From: Planktothrix sp. GU0601_MAG3
GTDB taxonomy: Bacteria > Cyanobacteriota > Cyanobacteriia > Cyanobacteriales > Microcoleaceae
Assembly (NCBI GenBank): GCA_035193785.1
Contig: CP136572.1
Span: forward strand, 480,001-544,000
Direction: 5' to 3'
DNA length: 64,000 nt
Part shown: positions 51,974 to 63,083 of the stretch, piece after piece
Position numbering within the stretch: position 1 is the stretch's first letter
How the letters are laid out: each line of letters opens with the position of its first letter
Made by a program: the position numbers and the translations under genes
Notes under the pieces: generated by a model
Databases searched by the model: none
The model's input: the letters and a program-made list of their open reading frames with translations, nothing else
Told to the model about the DNA's origin: nothing

Positions 51974-53210
51974 CTATTTTAAATAGGTAAACTTACCATT
52001 TTTTCCCGTTTCATCCATTTTAATTTGGGCAACATAAAACTTTTCTTGCACCACTTCACCTTCGGAAGTAAAAGAAATATTCCCTAAAACAGTCTCATAT
52101 TTTCCCGCTAAAATCGCTTGATTTAATTGTTCTCTTAGCTGTTCTAATGATAAACTATCGAGTTTGTTTTTCTGGTCAACCGCTTTTAAAGCATCCACAA
52201 AAACTTGAACTCCGGCGAAGGCTTGGGCGGTAAATTGTGGGGGTTCTTTTTTATTCTGGGCTGCGTAGGTTTCCCGAAAGGTTTTATTAATCGGATTATC
52301 AATTTCAGGACTATAGGCTTGGGCAATAATTACCCCATCACATTCTTTTTGACAGACGGACAAAATATTAGAGGTATTTAAACCATTTCCCCCAATAATT
52401 AATCCTTGATAACCCAATTGTCGTAACTGTTTGATTAAATTTCCTCCATCCGCCGCCAGTCCCGAAATAATAATTAAATCCGGGTTTAAATTAATTGCTG
52501 CGGTGGCTTGATTTTGAAAATCGGTGTCGGTGGTTTGGAACTTTTGAACTGTCACTACCTCTAGGTTTAAATCCTTAACTGTTTGTTGAAAAGTCTCCGT
52601 TTCTGATTTACTAAAAGCATCATTTTGAGCAAAGAAAACCGCTACTTTTTTAATATCAGGATTAATTTTTAATGCCGCTTTTACCGCATTCGGGGCGACA
52701 ACGGCAACGGGGGCAGAAACCCGGGCAATATAATCCCCAATTTGAGGCACTCCTTTCGCAGTATTAGAAGGGCCTAAAACCGGAACTTTTGCCCTTTCCG
52801 CAATGGGGTCAGCGGCAAAGGCTTGTTGAGATAAAGAAGGGCCTAAAATGCCGACAACTTTCTGTTGCGTAATTAGGGTATTAAAAGCATTAATTGCCCC
52901 TTGTTCATCGCCTCCCCCATCTTGAAGGGCTAATTTAATTGGGGTTCCATTTACGCCTCCTTGTTGATTAAAATATTGTTCAGCCATTTTCGCGCCAATC
53001 ACCTGTTTCTTGTCCTAATAAGGCGGCGTTACTGGTTTGGGCGAGAACAACTCCAATCGGAATTCCTTTAGAATTTTCAACGGTATTTGTCGGGGAATTG
53101 GAATTAGGAGCGGTGTTATTTCCAGAAGGTTGAGAGGAACTACAGGCTAATACTAAAGCCCCGGTTATTCCTGATAACAATAGAGGGATAAATTGTTTTC
53201 TTTTAATCAT
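51974..53210 (-). CDS. Branched-chain amino-acid-type ABC transporter substrate-binding lipoprotein (apparent frameshift at ~53006)
   Basis: Lipobox LVLAC; GGVNGTPIKL and VVGILGP motifs. Confidence 0.88.
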
Positions 53211-53328
53211 GGCAGTAAAAATCATATAAAACAAGAGATAATCTGATTATACAACTATTTTTAATTGTAGACAAGTGGATATTAAAATTAGGGCGGTAAA
53301 GTCAGTAAGCCAAGACGTTCGCACTATA

Positions 53329-53775
53329 TTAATTATCATCAAATAAAGTATATTCTTCCTCAAATACCTCTTGCCAAGATAAAGAGATTAATGAGCATTT
53401 TTGATTCATTTCTGTTTCCGCTTCTTTAGCCGCTTTTTCAAAACATTTATCCCAAATTGAATCAATAGTATTTCGGTTCAAACTGGGTGTATCTTCCTGA
53501 ATTGCTTCAATTTAATTCCGCGCTGATAAAATTGTAATTGACCAACTAGAAGTCCGTTTTTGGGGTTGACATTTCCACTTAATAACATGAGCCATTAACC
53601 GAATCAACTGACTTCTTAATGCTCGTTTATCAGATCGTCCCATTGCTTCAATTAATGCCTCTAAACCTATCGTAGCTTCCATAATATTTCCCTGTTTTAA
53701 ACAGTTCTTAACTTCCAAAGCCGTCAGATAATGAGAATTCATGGCTAGATCTAGCCAATCCATTTGAGTTGACAT
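53329..53775 (-). pseudogene. DUF29 family gene with in-frame stop at 53512-53514
   Basis: Paralog of 53789..54235; ...SARN*IEAIQEDTPSLN continues in frame past TAA. Confidence 0.75.
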
Positions 53776-53788
53776 AAACCCCTTCTCC

Positions 53789-54235
53789 TTAATTATAATC
53801 AAATAAACTATATTCTTCCTCAAATACCTCTTGCCAAGATAAAGATATTAATGGGCATTTTTTTTCCATTTCACTTTCCGCTTGTCTGATGGCTTTTTTC
53901 AAAGAAGTTTCCCAAATTGATTCGAGGTAGTTTCGATTTAAACTGGGAACTTCCTCCTGAATATCAGCAATTTCATCTCTGGCAGAAATAATCGTAGTTT
54001 CCCAACTTGGAGTCCGTTTTTCCGGTTGATATTTCCATTTAATAATGTGCATCATTAACCGGGTTAATTGACTTTTTAAAGCTAATTTCTTGGATTTTCC
54101 CATAGATTCAATTAAAACCGCTAACCCAGATCCGGCTTCCATAAATTTTTGCTCCTGTAATAACTCTTGAACAGCCACCGCCGCCAAATATTCAGAACTC
54201 GCCGCCAACCATTCCCAATCTTCTGATGTTCGCAT
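53789..54235 (-). CDS. DUF29 family protein
   Basis: LIESMGKSKKLALKSQLTRLMMHIIKWKYQPEKRTPSW...PSL. Confidence 0.85.
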   Translation of the reverse strand: MRTSEDWEWLAASSEYLAAVAVQELLQEQKFMEAGSGLAVLIESMGKSKKLALKSQLTRLMMHIIKWKYQPEKRTPSWETTIISARDEIADIQEEVPSLNRNYLESIWETSLKKAIRQAESEMEKKCPLISLSWQEVFEEEYSLFDYN

Positions 54236-54509
54236 TTTTACCTCAACAGAAAATAAGTCGAATCATATTTTTAATTTTATGTCAAGTCTTTGGGATTGAA
54301 CTTAACATTTCTATTTAATTTAACAAAATATTGCTCAAAATTTAAGAATCATTGCAGTTAAACAATGTTATTATTGTTTTATTGTCAAAATGAATTCTAA
54401 AATAGAGATTAAATTGCGATCGCTATGTATAAATACTCCTAGCGATTGGCACAATTTCTGAGAATATAAAACAAGCTGTCCTCATCACCTATCAACGGAG
54501 AAACACGCT

Positions 54510-56039
54510 ATGAAATTGGCTTATTGGATGTATGCTGGCCCCGCCCATATTGGCACCCTGAGAATTGCCAGTTCCTTCAAAAACGTTCACGCCATCATGC
54601 ACGCCCCTTTAGGAGATGACTACTTCAACGTCATGCGGTCTATGTTGGAAAGGGAACGGAAAACTATACCCCCGTCACCGCTAGTGTCGTAGACCGGAAC
54701 GTTTTAGCCCGGGGTTCCCAAGAAAAAGTGGTTGATAATATTGTTAGAAAAGATCGAGAAGAACATCCCGATTTAATTCTATTAACTCCCACCTGTACTT
54801 CCAGTATTTTACAAGAAGATTTACACAATTTTGTGGAACGCGCCCAACTCGATGCCAAAGGCGATGTCATGTTAGCAGACGTCAATCATTATCGCTATAA
54901 TGAACTGCAAGCGGCTGACCGAACCTTACAACAAGTGGTTCAGTTTTATTTGGAAAAAGCCAAGAAAAAAGGCGATATTCCCGAAGGCAAAACCGAAAAA
55001 CCTTCCGTTAATATTATTGGAATCTCTACCCTCGGTTTCCATCACCACCATGACTGCACCGAATTAAAACGGTTAATGGTAGATTTAGGAATTGAAGTTA
55101 ATGAAGTGATTCCCGAAGGCGCATCGGTTCACAACTTAAAAAACCTACCTCGCGCTTGGTTTAACCTGGTTCCCTATCGAGAATTAGGGTTAATGGCGGC
55201 AAAGTATTTAGAAGAAGAATTTGGCACACCTATAGTTGATATTACGCCGATGGGAGTGGTTGAAACCGCCCGTTGTATTCGCAAAATTCAACAAGTAATT
55301 AATGCTCAAGGTGCTGATGTTGATTATAGTGAATATATTGATAATCAAACCCTGTATGTATCTCAAGCTGCTTGGTTTTCCCGTTCCATTGACTGTCAGA
55401 ATTTAACCGGAAAAAAAGCCGTTGTCTTTGGGGATAATACCCACGCCGCCGCGATGACAAAAATTCTAGCGCGAGAAATGGGAATTCATGTCGTTTGTGC
55501 CGGAAACCTATTGTAAATATGACGGTGATTGGTTCAAGGAACAAGTCAGTGAATATTGCGATGAAGTTCTGATTAGTGAAGATAATGGTGCAATCGGAGA
55601 TATGATTGCCAGAATTGAACCTTCTGCTATTTTTGGAACCCAAATGGAACGCCACGTTGGGAAACGCTTGGATATTCCCTGCGGTGTGATTGCATCTCCG
55701 ATTCATATTCAGAATTTCCCCATCGGTTATAAACCATTTTTAGGCTATGAAGGAACTAATCAAATTACCGATTTGATCTATAATTCCTTTACCTTGGGAA
55801 TGGAAGATCACCTATTAGAAATCTTTGGTGGACATGATACTAAAGAAGTGATTACCAAAGGAATTTCGGCGGGTTCTGATTTGAATTGGACAAGAGAAGC
55901 TCAAACCGAACTGAATAAAATTCCTGGGTTTGTGCGCAGTAAAGTTAAACGCAATACCGAAAAATTTGCCCGTGAAAGAGGTTTCAACGAAATTTCCTTA
56001 GAAGTGATGTATGCGGCCAAAGAATCCGTAGGAGCTTAA
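54510..56039 (+). CDS. chlB: Light-independent protochlorophyllide reductase subunit B (apparent frameshifts at ~54660 and ~55504)
   Basis: [42 protein letters not shown] and [15 protein letters not shown] motifs. Confidence 0.97.
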
Positions 56040-56162
56040 TTGTAGGGTGGGAAATACCCACCTTTTTTGTTACAATCTCAATCAAAGTAAGCCCGACTTT
56101 TTGTACTCAGCTAGTTTGGGTTAACTTACTGTTGTTCCGACATGATTTATCAGAGGTAATGT

Positions 56163-56403
56163 ATGTCAAATATTCGGAAAGTTTCAGGGAATCCAGGGGA
56201 CACTTGGGATGATTTAAGTTGGACAGATTTGAACAACGATGAGCAAGCTTTGTGGGCTGCTTTAGGTTGGAATCAATCCAGTTGGGAAGAAGACTCTGAC
56301 GCTCCCGGTTTCTAATGAGAAATATTGGGAGGAATTAACGGAACAAGAACGTGATGCAGCAACAAAACTCGGTTATAACCAATCTTATTGGGATGAGGAT
56401 TAA
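56163..56403 (+). CDS. Small acidic Trp-rich two-repeat protein (not in the ORF track; apparent frameshift at ~56309)
   Basis: GAGG RBS; MSNIRKVSGNPGDTWDDLSWTDLNNDEQALWAALGWNQSSWEE...YWEELTEQERDAATKLGYNQSYWDED*. Confidence 0.7.
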
Positions 56404-56741
56404 GGACAAAATAAAGTCCCCACTTGTATTATTAATCGAATAGTTTGTAGGGTGCGTAAGGCGTAATTAATTTATTGGAAAATCCAATAATTAACAATTC
56501 GCCCCTCGCACCATTTTTTGTTCATCAAGGTGACTAAGTTCATACTGTTTTCCTAACCTAATGTTACCTGTGTATATTATGGCAGTGATCGCACTCCTAA
56601 CTCCCTTGCATCCCATATCCCCAATTCTCCTAAACCCTTTACGCCAACAAAAGTATATCTTTGGACATCATCGGGCAAGATTTCTGTAATATGCTAAGAT
56701 TAGAATGGTTATATGATTGTATTTGAACGGAGGCAATCAAT

Positions 56742-57038
56742 ATGTTATCAACTGATGTTAGAAAAGAGTCCATGATGAAAAGAATTGATCAAGTTGTTTC
56801 GATTTTAATGGAAGAACGTCCTTTGTTTAAAGAAAAACTGAATCATTCAGAAATGATTGAAGAATTATTTAAACTCTTTCAAGAAAACTTACCTTTTGAA
56901 AAATTTAACACGATGTCAGATCAAGAATTAAAGAAACATTGTAGTCTGATTATGGTGACAGAAGCAGTGGCGGGAACTTTGAATGAATTAACACCTGAAC
57001 AAATGGCTATTTTTGATGAAGTAATTAAACGTAAATAG
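56742..57038 (+). CDS. Putative antitoxin
   Basis: 98-aa ORF abutting the PIN toxin; ends ELTPEQMAIFDEVIKRK. Confidence 0.65.
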   Translation: MLSTDVRKESMMKRIDQVVSILMEERPLFKEKLNHSEMIEELFKLFQENLPFEKFNTMSDQELKKHCSLIMVTEAVAGTLNELTPEQMAIFDEVIKRK

Positions 57039-57446
57039 ATGAGTATGAGTTATTTATTAGATACTAATATTGTTTCTTTATCCCTGAAAAATAATCTTAA
57101 AGTTAAGGAAAAGCTCAAACAATTAGAATCTCAAAAAGAATTACTCTGTATCAGTTGCATTACTTATTTTGAAATTAAAAGAGGATTATTTGCAGTAAAA
57201 GCAACTAAACAACTAGAAAGATTTAATGAATTTTGCCAAGATTATCAAATTATTTTATTAGATGATTTAGCAATTTTAGAGAAAGCATCTGAAATTCATG
57301 CCAATTTAAGGTTAAGAGGATTACCGATCCAAACAGAAGATATTTTAATTGCTGCGACTGCGATTGTTAAAGGTTTAATTCTGGTTTCTAATGATAGTGA
57401 TTTATTGAGAGTTGAGGGTTTAAGTTTAGAGAATTGGGTAGAGTGA
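57039..57446 (+). CDS. PIN-domain (VapC-like) toxin
   Basis: YLLDTNIVS, ITYFEI and EDILIAATA...LVSNDSD motifs. Confidence 0.9.
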   Translation: MSMSYLLDTNIVSLSLKNNLKVKEKLKQLESQKELLCISCITYFEIKRGLFAVKATKQLERFNEFCQDYQIILLDDLAILEKASEIHANLRLRGLPIQTEDILIAATAIVKGLILVSNDSDLLRVEGLSLENWVE

Positions 57447-57597
57447 TAATTTGAAGTTTTGTTGAAGGTTTTATATTAGCGATCGCACCCTCAATTATCC
57501 TAGAATAAAAAGCGATCACACTCCTAACTCCCATACATCCCAAAAGGCGATCGCACCATCAACAACCCTACAATAAAAAGCGATCACATTAATAATT

Positions 57598-57930
57598 TTA
57601 CTCCAGATCAAGGGGATTAAAAGTAATTGAAGATTGTGCGCTATGACGAAGATAAAGAATATAAACTATATCCTCTTGAATGGTGAAAATAATTCGGTAT
57701 TTATTCCTTGATTTACCATAGATAATTTGTCTGATTTCTATTTCTTTAGGAAAATCATCGTTTTCTCTAGCTAAAGCAAAACGTTTTGGCTTATCTTGCA
57801 AAGTAGCAATAGTATTCATTAAATCTCTAAACCATTGATCAGCATAATTAGGGTTAAGATTTTTTAACCAAAGATAAGCAGATTCTATTTCTAGTTTAGC
57901 ATTCTGGGTTAATTTAACTTGAAATTCCAT
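57598..57930 (-). CDS. RelE/ParE family toxin
   Basis: FQVKLTQNAKLEI...YRIIFTI...VYILYLRH. Confidence 0.85.
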   Translation of the reverse strand: MEFQVKLTQNAKLEIESAYLWLKNLNPNYADQWFRDLMNTIATLQDKPKRFALARENDDFPKEIEIRQIIYGKSRNKYRIIFTIQEDIVYILYLRHSAQSSITFNPLDLE

Positions 57931-58204
57931 GTTTATGCTGCATTTCTTCGATGAATTGATTTAGGGGTTGTGTGTCACCTGTTGCTATATCTTCTAATCC
58001 TTTTTTAATCCCAATAATAGTTTCTAATTTCTCTATAAAATCCAATAATTTCTGATAAGATCCAGCATCCTGTACTACTAATTCGGCTTTCCCATTAACA
58101 GTTAAAACGATAGGATTACCTGTTTCTTTCATCTGGCTAATCAGTTCATTGGTATTCCGTTTAAAGGTTGATAGGGATTGAATATCTCGATTTAGATTAA
58201 TCAT
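57914..58204 (-). CDS. Phd/YefM family antitoxin
   Basis: DIQSLSTFKRN...PIVLTVNGKAELVVQD; overlaps the toxin start. Confidence 0.88.
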   Translation of the reverse strand: MINLNRDIQSLSTFKRNTNELISQMKETGNPIVLTVNGKAELVVQDAGSYQKLLDFIEKLETIIGIKKGLEDIATGDTQPLNQFIEEMQHKHGISS

Positions 58205-58363
58205 GGTTGGGGACTTTGCACTAAATTGGCATTAAATTTAATGTTAGCACAAAATAGCAAAAGCGATCGCATTCCTAACTTCCTCAAACCCAAAGAAGCG
58301 ATCGCATTCCTAACTCCCACAAATCCCAAACAAGCAAGATTAAATTTGATCAGGATGAGATTA

Positions 58364-59888
58364 TCAAATATCTAAGTCTAACTCCATCTGATTAACTTTC
58401 ACTTGTTTTTGTTTTTCAGCACTTTTAACTACTTCTAAACTTAAACGAATATTTAATCTTTTTTGATTTTCAATAATATCTTGGACTGTGACAATTTGAA
58501 TCTTATCACAACTATGACTCATGTATTGACTCTGATAAAAACCAGCAGATTTCGCCGTTTTGATCATATCTTTACTGGGATTTACTAAAGTTATAAATAT
58601 GGCTATACTAGCATTTTCTATCGTCATTGTTCCTATCAAATCTCGGATATCTCCTGATTTTACTTTTCCTGATTTGACTTGAAAAATTATCTTTTCTGGT
58701 TCATTTTGATTACCTTGAAAGTAAGCAATTCCGTCTACACCTTGATCTGAACCTTTTTTAGTGTTAATGATTCCTTTGTTATCAGTATAAGTTAAAATTG
58801 CCCATTTTTCAAATTCTTTTCGAGTGCGATCATCTGCTTTATTTGCTAATGCTGTTGCACTTTCTATATCTTTAGGAATACCATGCAGTTTAATGGTTTG
58901 TAAAACCTCTTTTTCAAAGCTATCTTCTAATCTTTTTAAGATTAAACTAATACTTTGATAAGTAATATCAATTCCTATCCATTTTCGCTCTAATCTTTGG
59001 GAAACTGCAACGGTTGTTCCACAACCACAATAAGCGTCTAATATTGTATCATTTTCGTTAGAACTTGCTAAAATTATGCGTTCTAATAATGCTTCTGGTT
59101 TCTGTGTTGGATAGCCTAAACGTTTCTGCAACACCTGCTTGTAAAGAATTTATATCTATCCACCAATCTTCAGGTATTTTGCCTTCATCTAAATAATACC
59201 TATAAATCTTACCTGATTTTCTAACAATTTTATCTTGATAAGGTCTTCCATTTTCGTCAACACCCAGTTTTCCACCTTTGCTTTTAGTTCCTGTATCTCT
59301 TTGTATACCTATGGAATCACCATTAAATGTCCATATTTTACCTTTTGTAAAAAAGAATATAACATCATGTTTTCGCGCATATTGAGTTTTAGCTTTGCCG
59401 CCATGACTATAACACCAAATGATTTCATTTCTAAATTCCCCACCCTGAGAACAAAAAACAGCATCTAATATCAACTTTAAGTAATGACTTGCATTGGGAT
59501 CACAATGTAAATAAAAACTACCTGTAGGTTTTAAAACTCGATAAATTTCTGTTATTCTTAAAGTCATACTCACTAAATAAGCAAGTAAACTTCCTGTTCC
59601 TAAAACATTCCTTAAACCTACAATTAAAGCAATACATTGCTGGGTAAATAATCCATGATAATTAGTAGTAATTTCCTCTATTCCATGAATAGCGTGATCA
59701 TCCCATTCCCAAGTATCAATAAATGCTTGTGCTTGAGCTTTATCATCGCCACCAATATTATTATAAATTTGATTGTAATTACGTTTAGAATTAAAAGGAG
59801 GATCAATATAACATAAATCAACTGATTCATCTTTAATGTAACGTCTTAAAACTTCTAAATTATCGCCATAATAAAGTTGATTAACCAT
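58364..59888 (-). CDS. Beta-class N4/N6 DNA methyltransferase fused to Mrr-like endonuclease domain (apparent frameshift at ~59123)
   Basis: YIDPPFNS (motif IV), YPTQKP, LDAYCGCGTT (motif I); C-terminal DQGVDG...QVKSG. Confidence 0.88.
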
Positions 59889-60085
59889 TATTTTTAGCAA
59901 ATTACTTTGCTTGAGTCAAACTTGATTAATCATTTTTATACTAAATTGATTTTTTGTCATAGCAGAAAATATCTGATATTACCTGATGTTTTATTAAGAA
60001 GTATTAAGACAATACCTGAAAAAACCTGATAATCTGGAAGGAAATTGAGTTATAATGACTAAAAGTGTTACCTCATCTAACTTTT

Positions 60086-61429
60086 ATGACTGTTACAGAA
60101 ATTTTACAATTTGTAGATGGCTTAGTATTTTCTGAGACAGAGAAGCATTTAGATGATCTGCAAAAAAAGATTATTGAAGAAGTATTTAAAGGTAAAACTT
60201 ATCAGCAAATTGCAGATATTTATGATTATGATGAGGGTTATATTGGTGATGAATGTAGGAAGTTATTTAAAATTTTATCTGAACAGTTAGGAGAAAATAT
60301 TAATAAATCTAATTTTTGTTGGACTATAGAAAGAGTGATAAATTCTCATAAAGTTAAAATTATTAATTTTGAAAACAACCAAATAAATTATTGTCCTAAC
60401 TATCCCTCGCCAAATCAATCAAAAAATCAAGATAATAGTATTATTGAAAACAATAAAAAAGCTAAACATTATTTGACCTTAGCTCCTCAAATAATCAAAT
60501 TTTATAACCGAGAAACTGAACTTAAAACCATTTCTCATTGGATATTCAAACAAAATACTCGCTTAATCTCAATATTAGGATTATTTGGAATTGGTAAAAC
60601 TGCTCTTGTTAAAAGATTTATTGATTTAAACTTAGATGAATTTGAAGCTATTATCTGGAGAAGTTTGAAATATCCTAAACCTTTAGAATTGCTGGTTAAG
60701 GATTTATTGAATATTATTAAACCAGAAGACAAACAAACTATAGATGATCAAGTAAAACAATTATTAGATATACTCATTAATAAAAAATGTTTAATTATCC
60801 TTGATGATGTGCAGAATATCTTTACTCCGGGTCAATTTGCGGGACAATATCAACCGGAATACCAAAGTTATCAAAACTTTTTTACCATGATCACAGAAAC
60901 CGAACATCAGAGCAGTTTTATTTTAATCAGTCAAGAAAAATGTCCAGAAATGGAAGGTTGGGAAAACGAATTATATCCGATTAATTGTTTAGAGTTATCG
61001 GGTTTATATGATCTGGAAATTCTGAATAATAAAGGATTAAAAAATCACGAATCTTGGTTAAATTTAATTAATTTATATGAAGGTAATCCCGTTTATTTAA
61101 AAAGTATTGCTATTTTAATTAAAAATATATTTGATGGTGATGTTGCTGAGTTTTTAGCTGAGAATGAATTAGTGATTACTCAAGAAATGCGATCGCACTT
61201 TAACCAATTATTTCACCGACTCTCACCCATAGAACAACAAATCGTTTTAAAATTAAGTCAATTTGAGCAACCCTTATCCAGAGAAACATTGAGAGAAAGT
61301 TTAGAATTATCATCAACGGATTTAATTAATGGGTTACAATCTTTGCAACAACGGTATTTAGTTACTAAAATAAAACAGGATCAAATTATGTTTAAATTGT
61401 CTTCTATTTTTAGAGAATATGTAATATAA
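60086..61429 (+). CDS. HTH + STAND (NB-ARC/NACHT-like) ATPase without repeat sensor domain
   Basis: HLDDLQKKII...TYQQIAD HTH; GLFGIGKTAL; LIILDDV; YEGNPVYLK; paralog of 33933..35304. Confidence 0.82.
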   Translation: MTVTEILQFVDGLVFSETEKHLDDLQKKIIEEVFKGKTYQQIADIYDYDEGYIGDECRKLFKILSEQLGENINKSNFCWTIERVINSHKVKIINFENNQINYCPNYPSPNQSKNQDNSIIENNKKAKHYLTLAPQIIKFYNRETELKTISHWIFKQNTRLISILGLFGIGKTALVKRFIDLNLDEFEAIIWRSLKYPKPLELLVKDLLNIIKPEDKQTIDDQVKQLLDILINKKCLIILDDVQNIFTPGQFAGQYQPEYQSYQNFFTMITETEHQSSFILISQEKCPEMEGWENELYPINCLELSGLYDLEILNNKGLKNHESWLNLINLYEGNPVYLKSIAILIKNIFDGDVAEFLAENELVITQEMRSHFNQLFHRLSPIEQQIVLKLSQFEQPLSRETLRESLELSSTDLINGLQSLQQRYLVTKIKQDQIMFKLSSIFREYVI

Positions 61430-61453
61430 AATCTAATTATAAACGAACCACGA

Positions 61454-61530
61454 TGATCCCCCCCAACCCCCTTAATAAGGGGGGAACCGGACTCATAAGT
61501 CCCCCTTTTTAAGGGGGATTTAGGGGGATC
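61454..61530. repeat. Palindromic cyanobacterial repeat element
   Basis: gatccccc...gggggatc enclosing two ccccctt...aaggggg hairpins. Confidence 0.7.
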
Positions 61531-61912
61531 TAGTCTAGGATAAAAACCGGGGTTTTAGGCTTAAGTTGACATCAATGCGTAGCACTTCCCCCCCTCTTTT
61601 CCCCACAGCAAGCGATGACACCCGCTCCAGAGACCGCCTTCTTCAATCTTTACAAAATTTACAATTTTTTGTGTTTGCACCAACCTATACTGCTAAATGT
61701 GGGCGATCGCAGGATAATGTTGAACCGGAATTCAAAGCGTCAACGTTTATCCTCCCCAAAAGTGAGCCATACAACCTCACGGGGGAAAGTCTACCGCCAT
61801 CAAATTAACAATTTGGGATCAAAAACGATTTTAAATTTCGGGTTAAGTTCAAAGAACATCCCAAGTCCTAAATCTTTGCATCCTCAGTGAAATTTTTAAG
61901 GAATATATTCTC

Positions 61913-62920
61913 ATGGCTACCAATAGAAAAAAACGCCCTACTCCTGCTACTCGTCCCGCTTCTGCCATTAGTGACAAAGTAAAAGTTACGGTTTCTTTAA
62001 CGGCTGATGCTGCTCAACAGGTAGAGACGCTCATCAAAGAATTAGGAGTATCAAAATCAGAATTATTTGAACGTCTGACTAAAGAACATTTACACCAGGC
62101 GACCCCAGGGGAAGAAACCGCAGTAACTGTTGAGGTAGAATCTCCCACGCCAGCCACCGATGATACTGCCTTAAAACAGGAGATTGAAGCCCAAGCTAAT
62201 ACAATTCAAGAGTTAAAACAGCAACTCACCCAAACTGTTGCCGCCCAAAGCTATGAAGCTCTAAAACAAGAAGCAGAACAACAAAAACAAACTATTGCTG
62301 ATTTACAACAACAACTAGAACAGAAAGTAGCACAAACCGTCGATAAAAAAACGTATCAGGATTTACAAGAAGCATCTAAAGAATCTCAATCAACAATTGA
62401 TCAATTACAAACTCAATTAAATCGAATTCCCGAATTGGAGCAACAATTAACAACAACTATTCCCGCAGAAACTTATCAAGCATTGCAACATGAGTTAGAA
62501 CAGGAACGAAATACTAAAGTGCAATTGAGTCAGCAGATTGAAGCCCTGAAAAAAGAACTCAACGAAAGCAATAATTCCCTAGCTCAACTGCAAGTTAAAC
62601 AAGAGAGAATAGCGGAATTAGAAGCAAAGTTAGCCCATAGTATTTCAGCAGATAATTATCATAATTTAGAATATATTTGTGCGGCTCAAAAGACACAAAT
62701 GGCAACTCTGGAACAACAATTAGCAAGTTTAATTTCCACTAAAACCCAACATCAAGAAACCCCTAGTACAACAACTAATTATGATGCCCTAAAAAACTAT
62801 TTGCAAGAACAGGATGATTTAATTAACGTTTTACAACAAAGGGTTTTAGAACTGCAAGGGTTAGCTTCCTTTGGAGAATCTCAACTATCTAAATGGCGAA
62901 ATCGCACATTCAAGGGTTAA
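61913..62920 (+). CDS. Ribbon-helix-helix (CopG-like) + long coiled-coil protein
   Basis: KVTVSLTADAAQQVETLIKELGVSKSELFERL followed by Q/E/L heptad repeats. Confidence 0.7.
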   Translation: MATNRKKRPTPATRPASAISDKVKVTVSLTADAAQQVETLIKELGVSKSELFERLTKEHLHQATPGEETAVTVEVESPTPATDDTALKQEIEAQANTIQELKQQLTQTVAAQSYEALKQEAEQQKQTIADLQQQLEQKVAQTVDKKTYQDLQEASKESQSTIDQLQTQLNRIPELEQQLTTTIPAETYQALQHELEQERNTKVQLSQQIEALKKELNESNNSLAQLQVKQERIAELEAKLAHSISADNYHNLEYICAAQKTQMATLEQQLASLISTKTQHQETPSTTTNYDALKNYLQEQDDLINVLQQRVLELQGLASFGESQLSKWRNRTFKG

Positions 62921-63083
62921 GGTTAACACAAACACCCTTAGATCTGAAACCCTCTAGGGGTGTAACCAACTAAACAATATTAAAATAAATTAAATTTTTC
63001 CGGTTTTTCCACCGAATCCCTAACACAATCGGTGTAACTAAAGTTTAGAATAAAGCCCAGATGGTTTCATCAAAAACAAAACT

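Noticed and set aside
57479..57588. CRISPR array
   Set aside because: Units are short, degenerate HIP1-based repeats with no constant repeat plus unique spacer structure, and there are no cas genes.
61566..61890. Two overlapping short ORFs
   Set aside because: No recognisable domains; probably the promoter/leader of the RHH coiled-coil gene.
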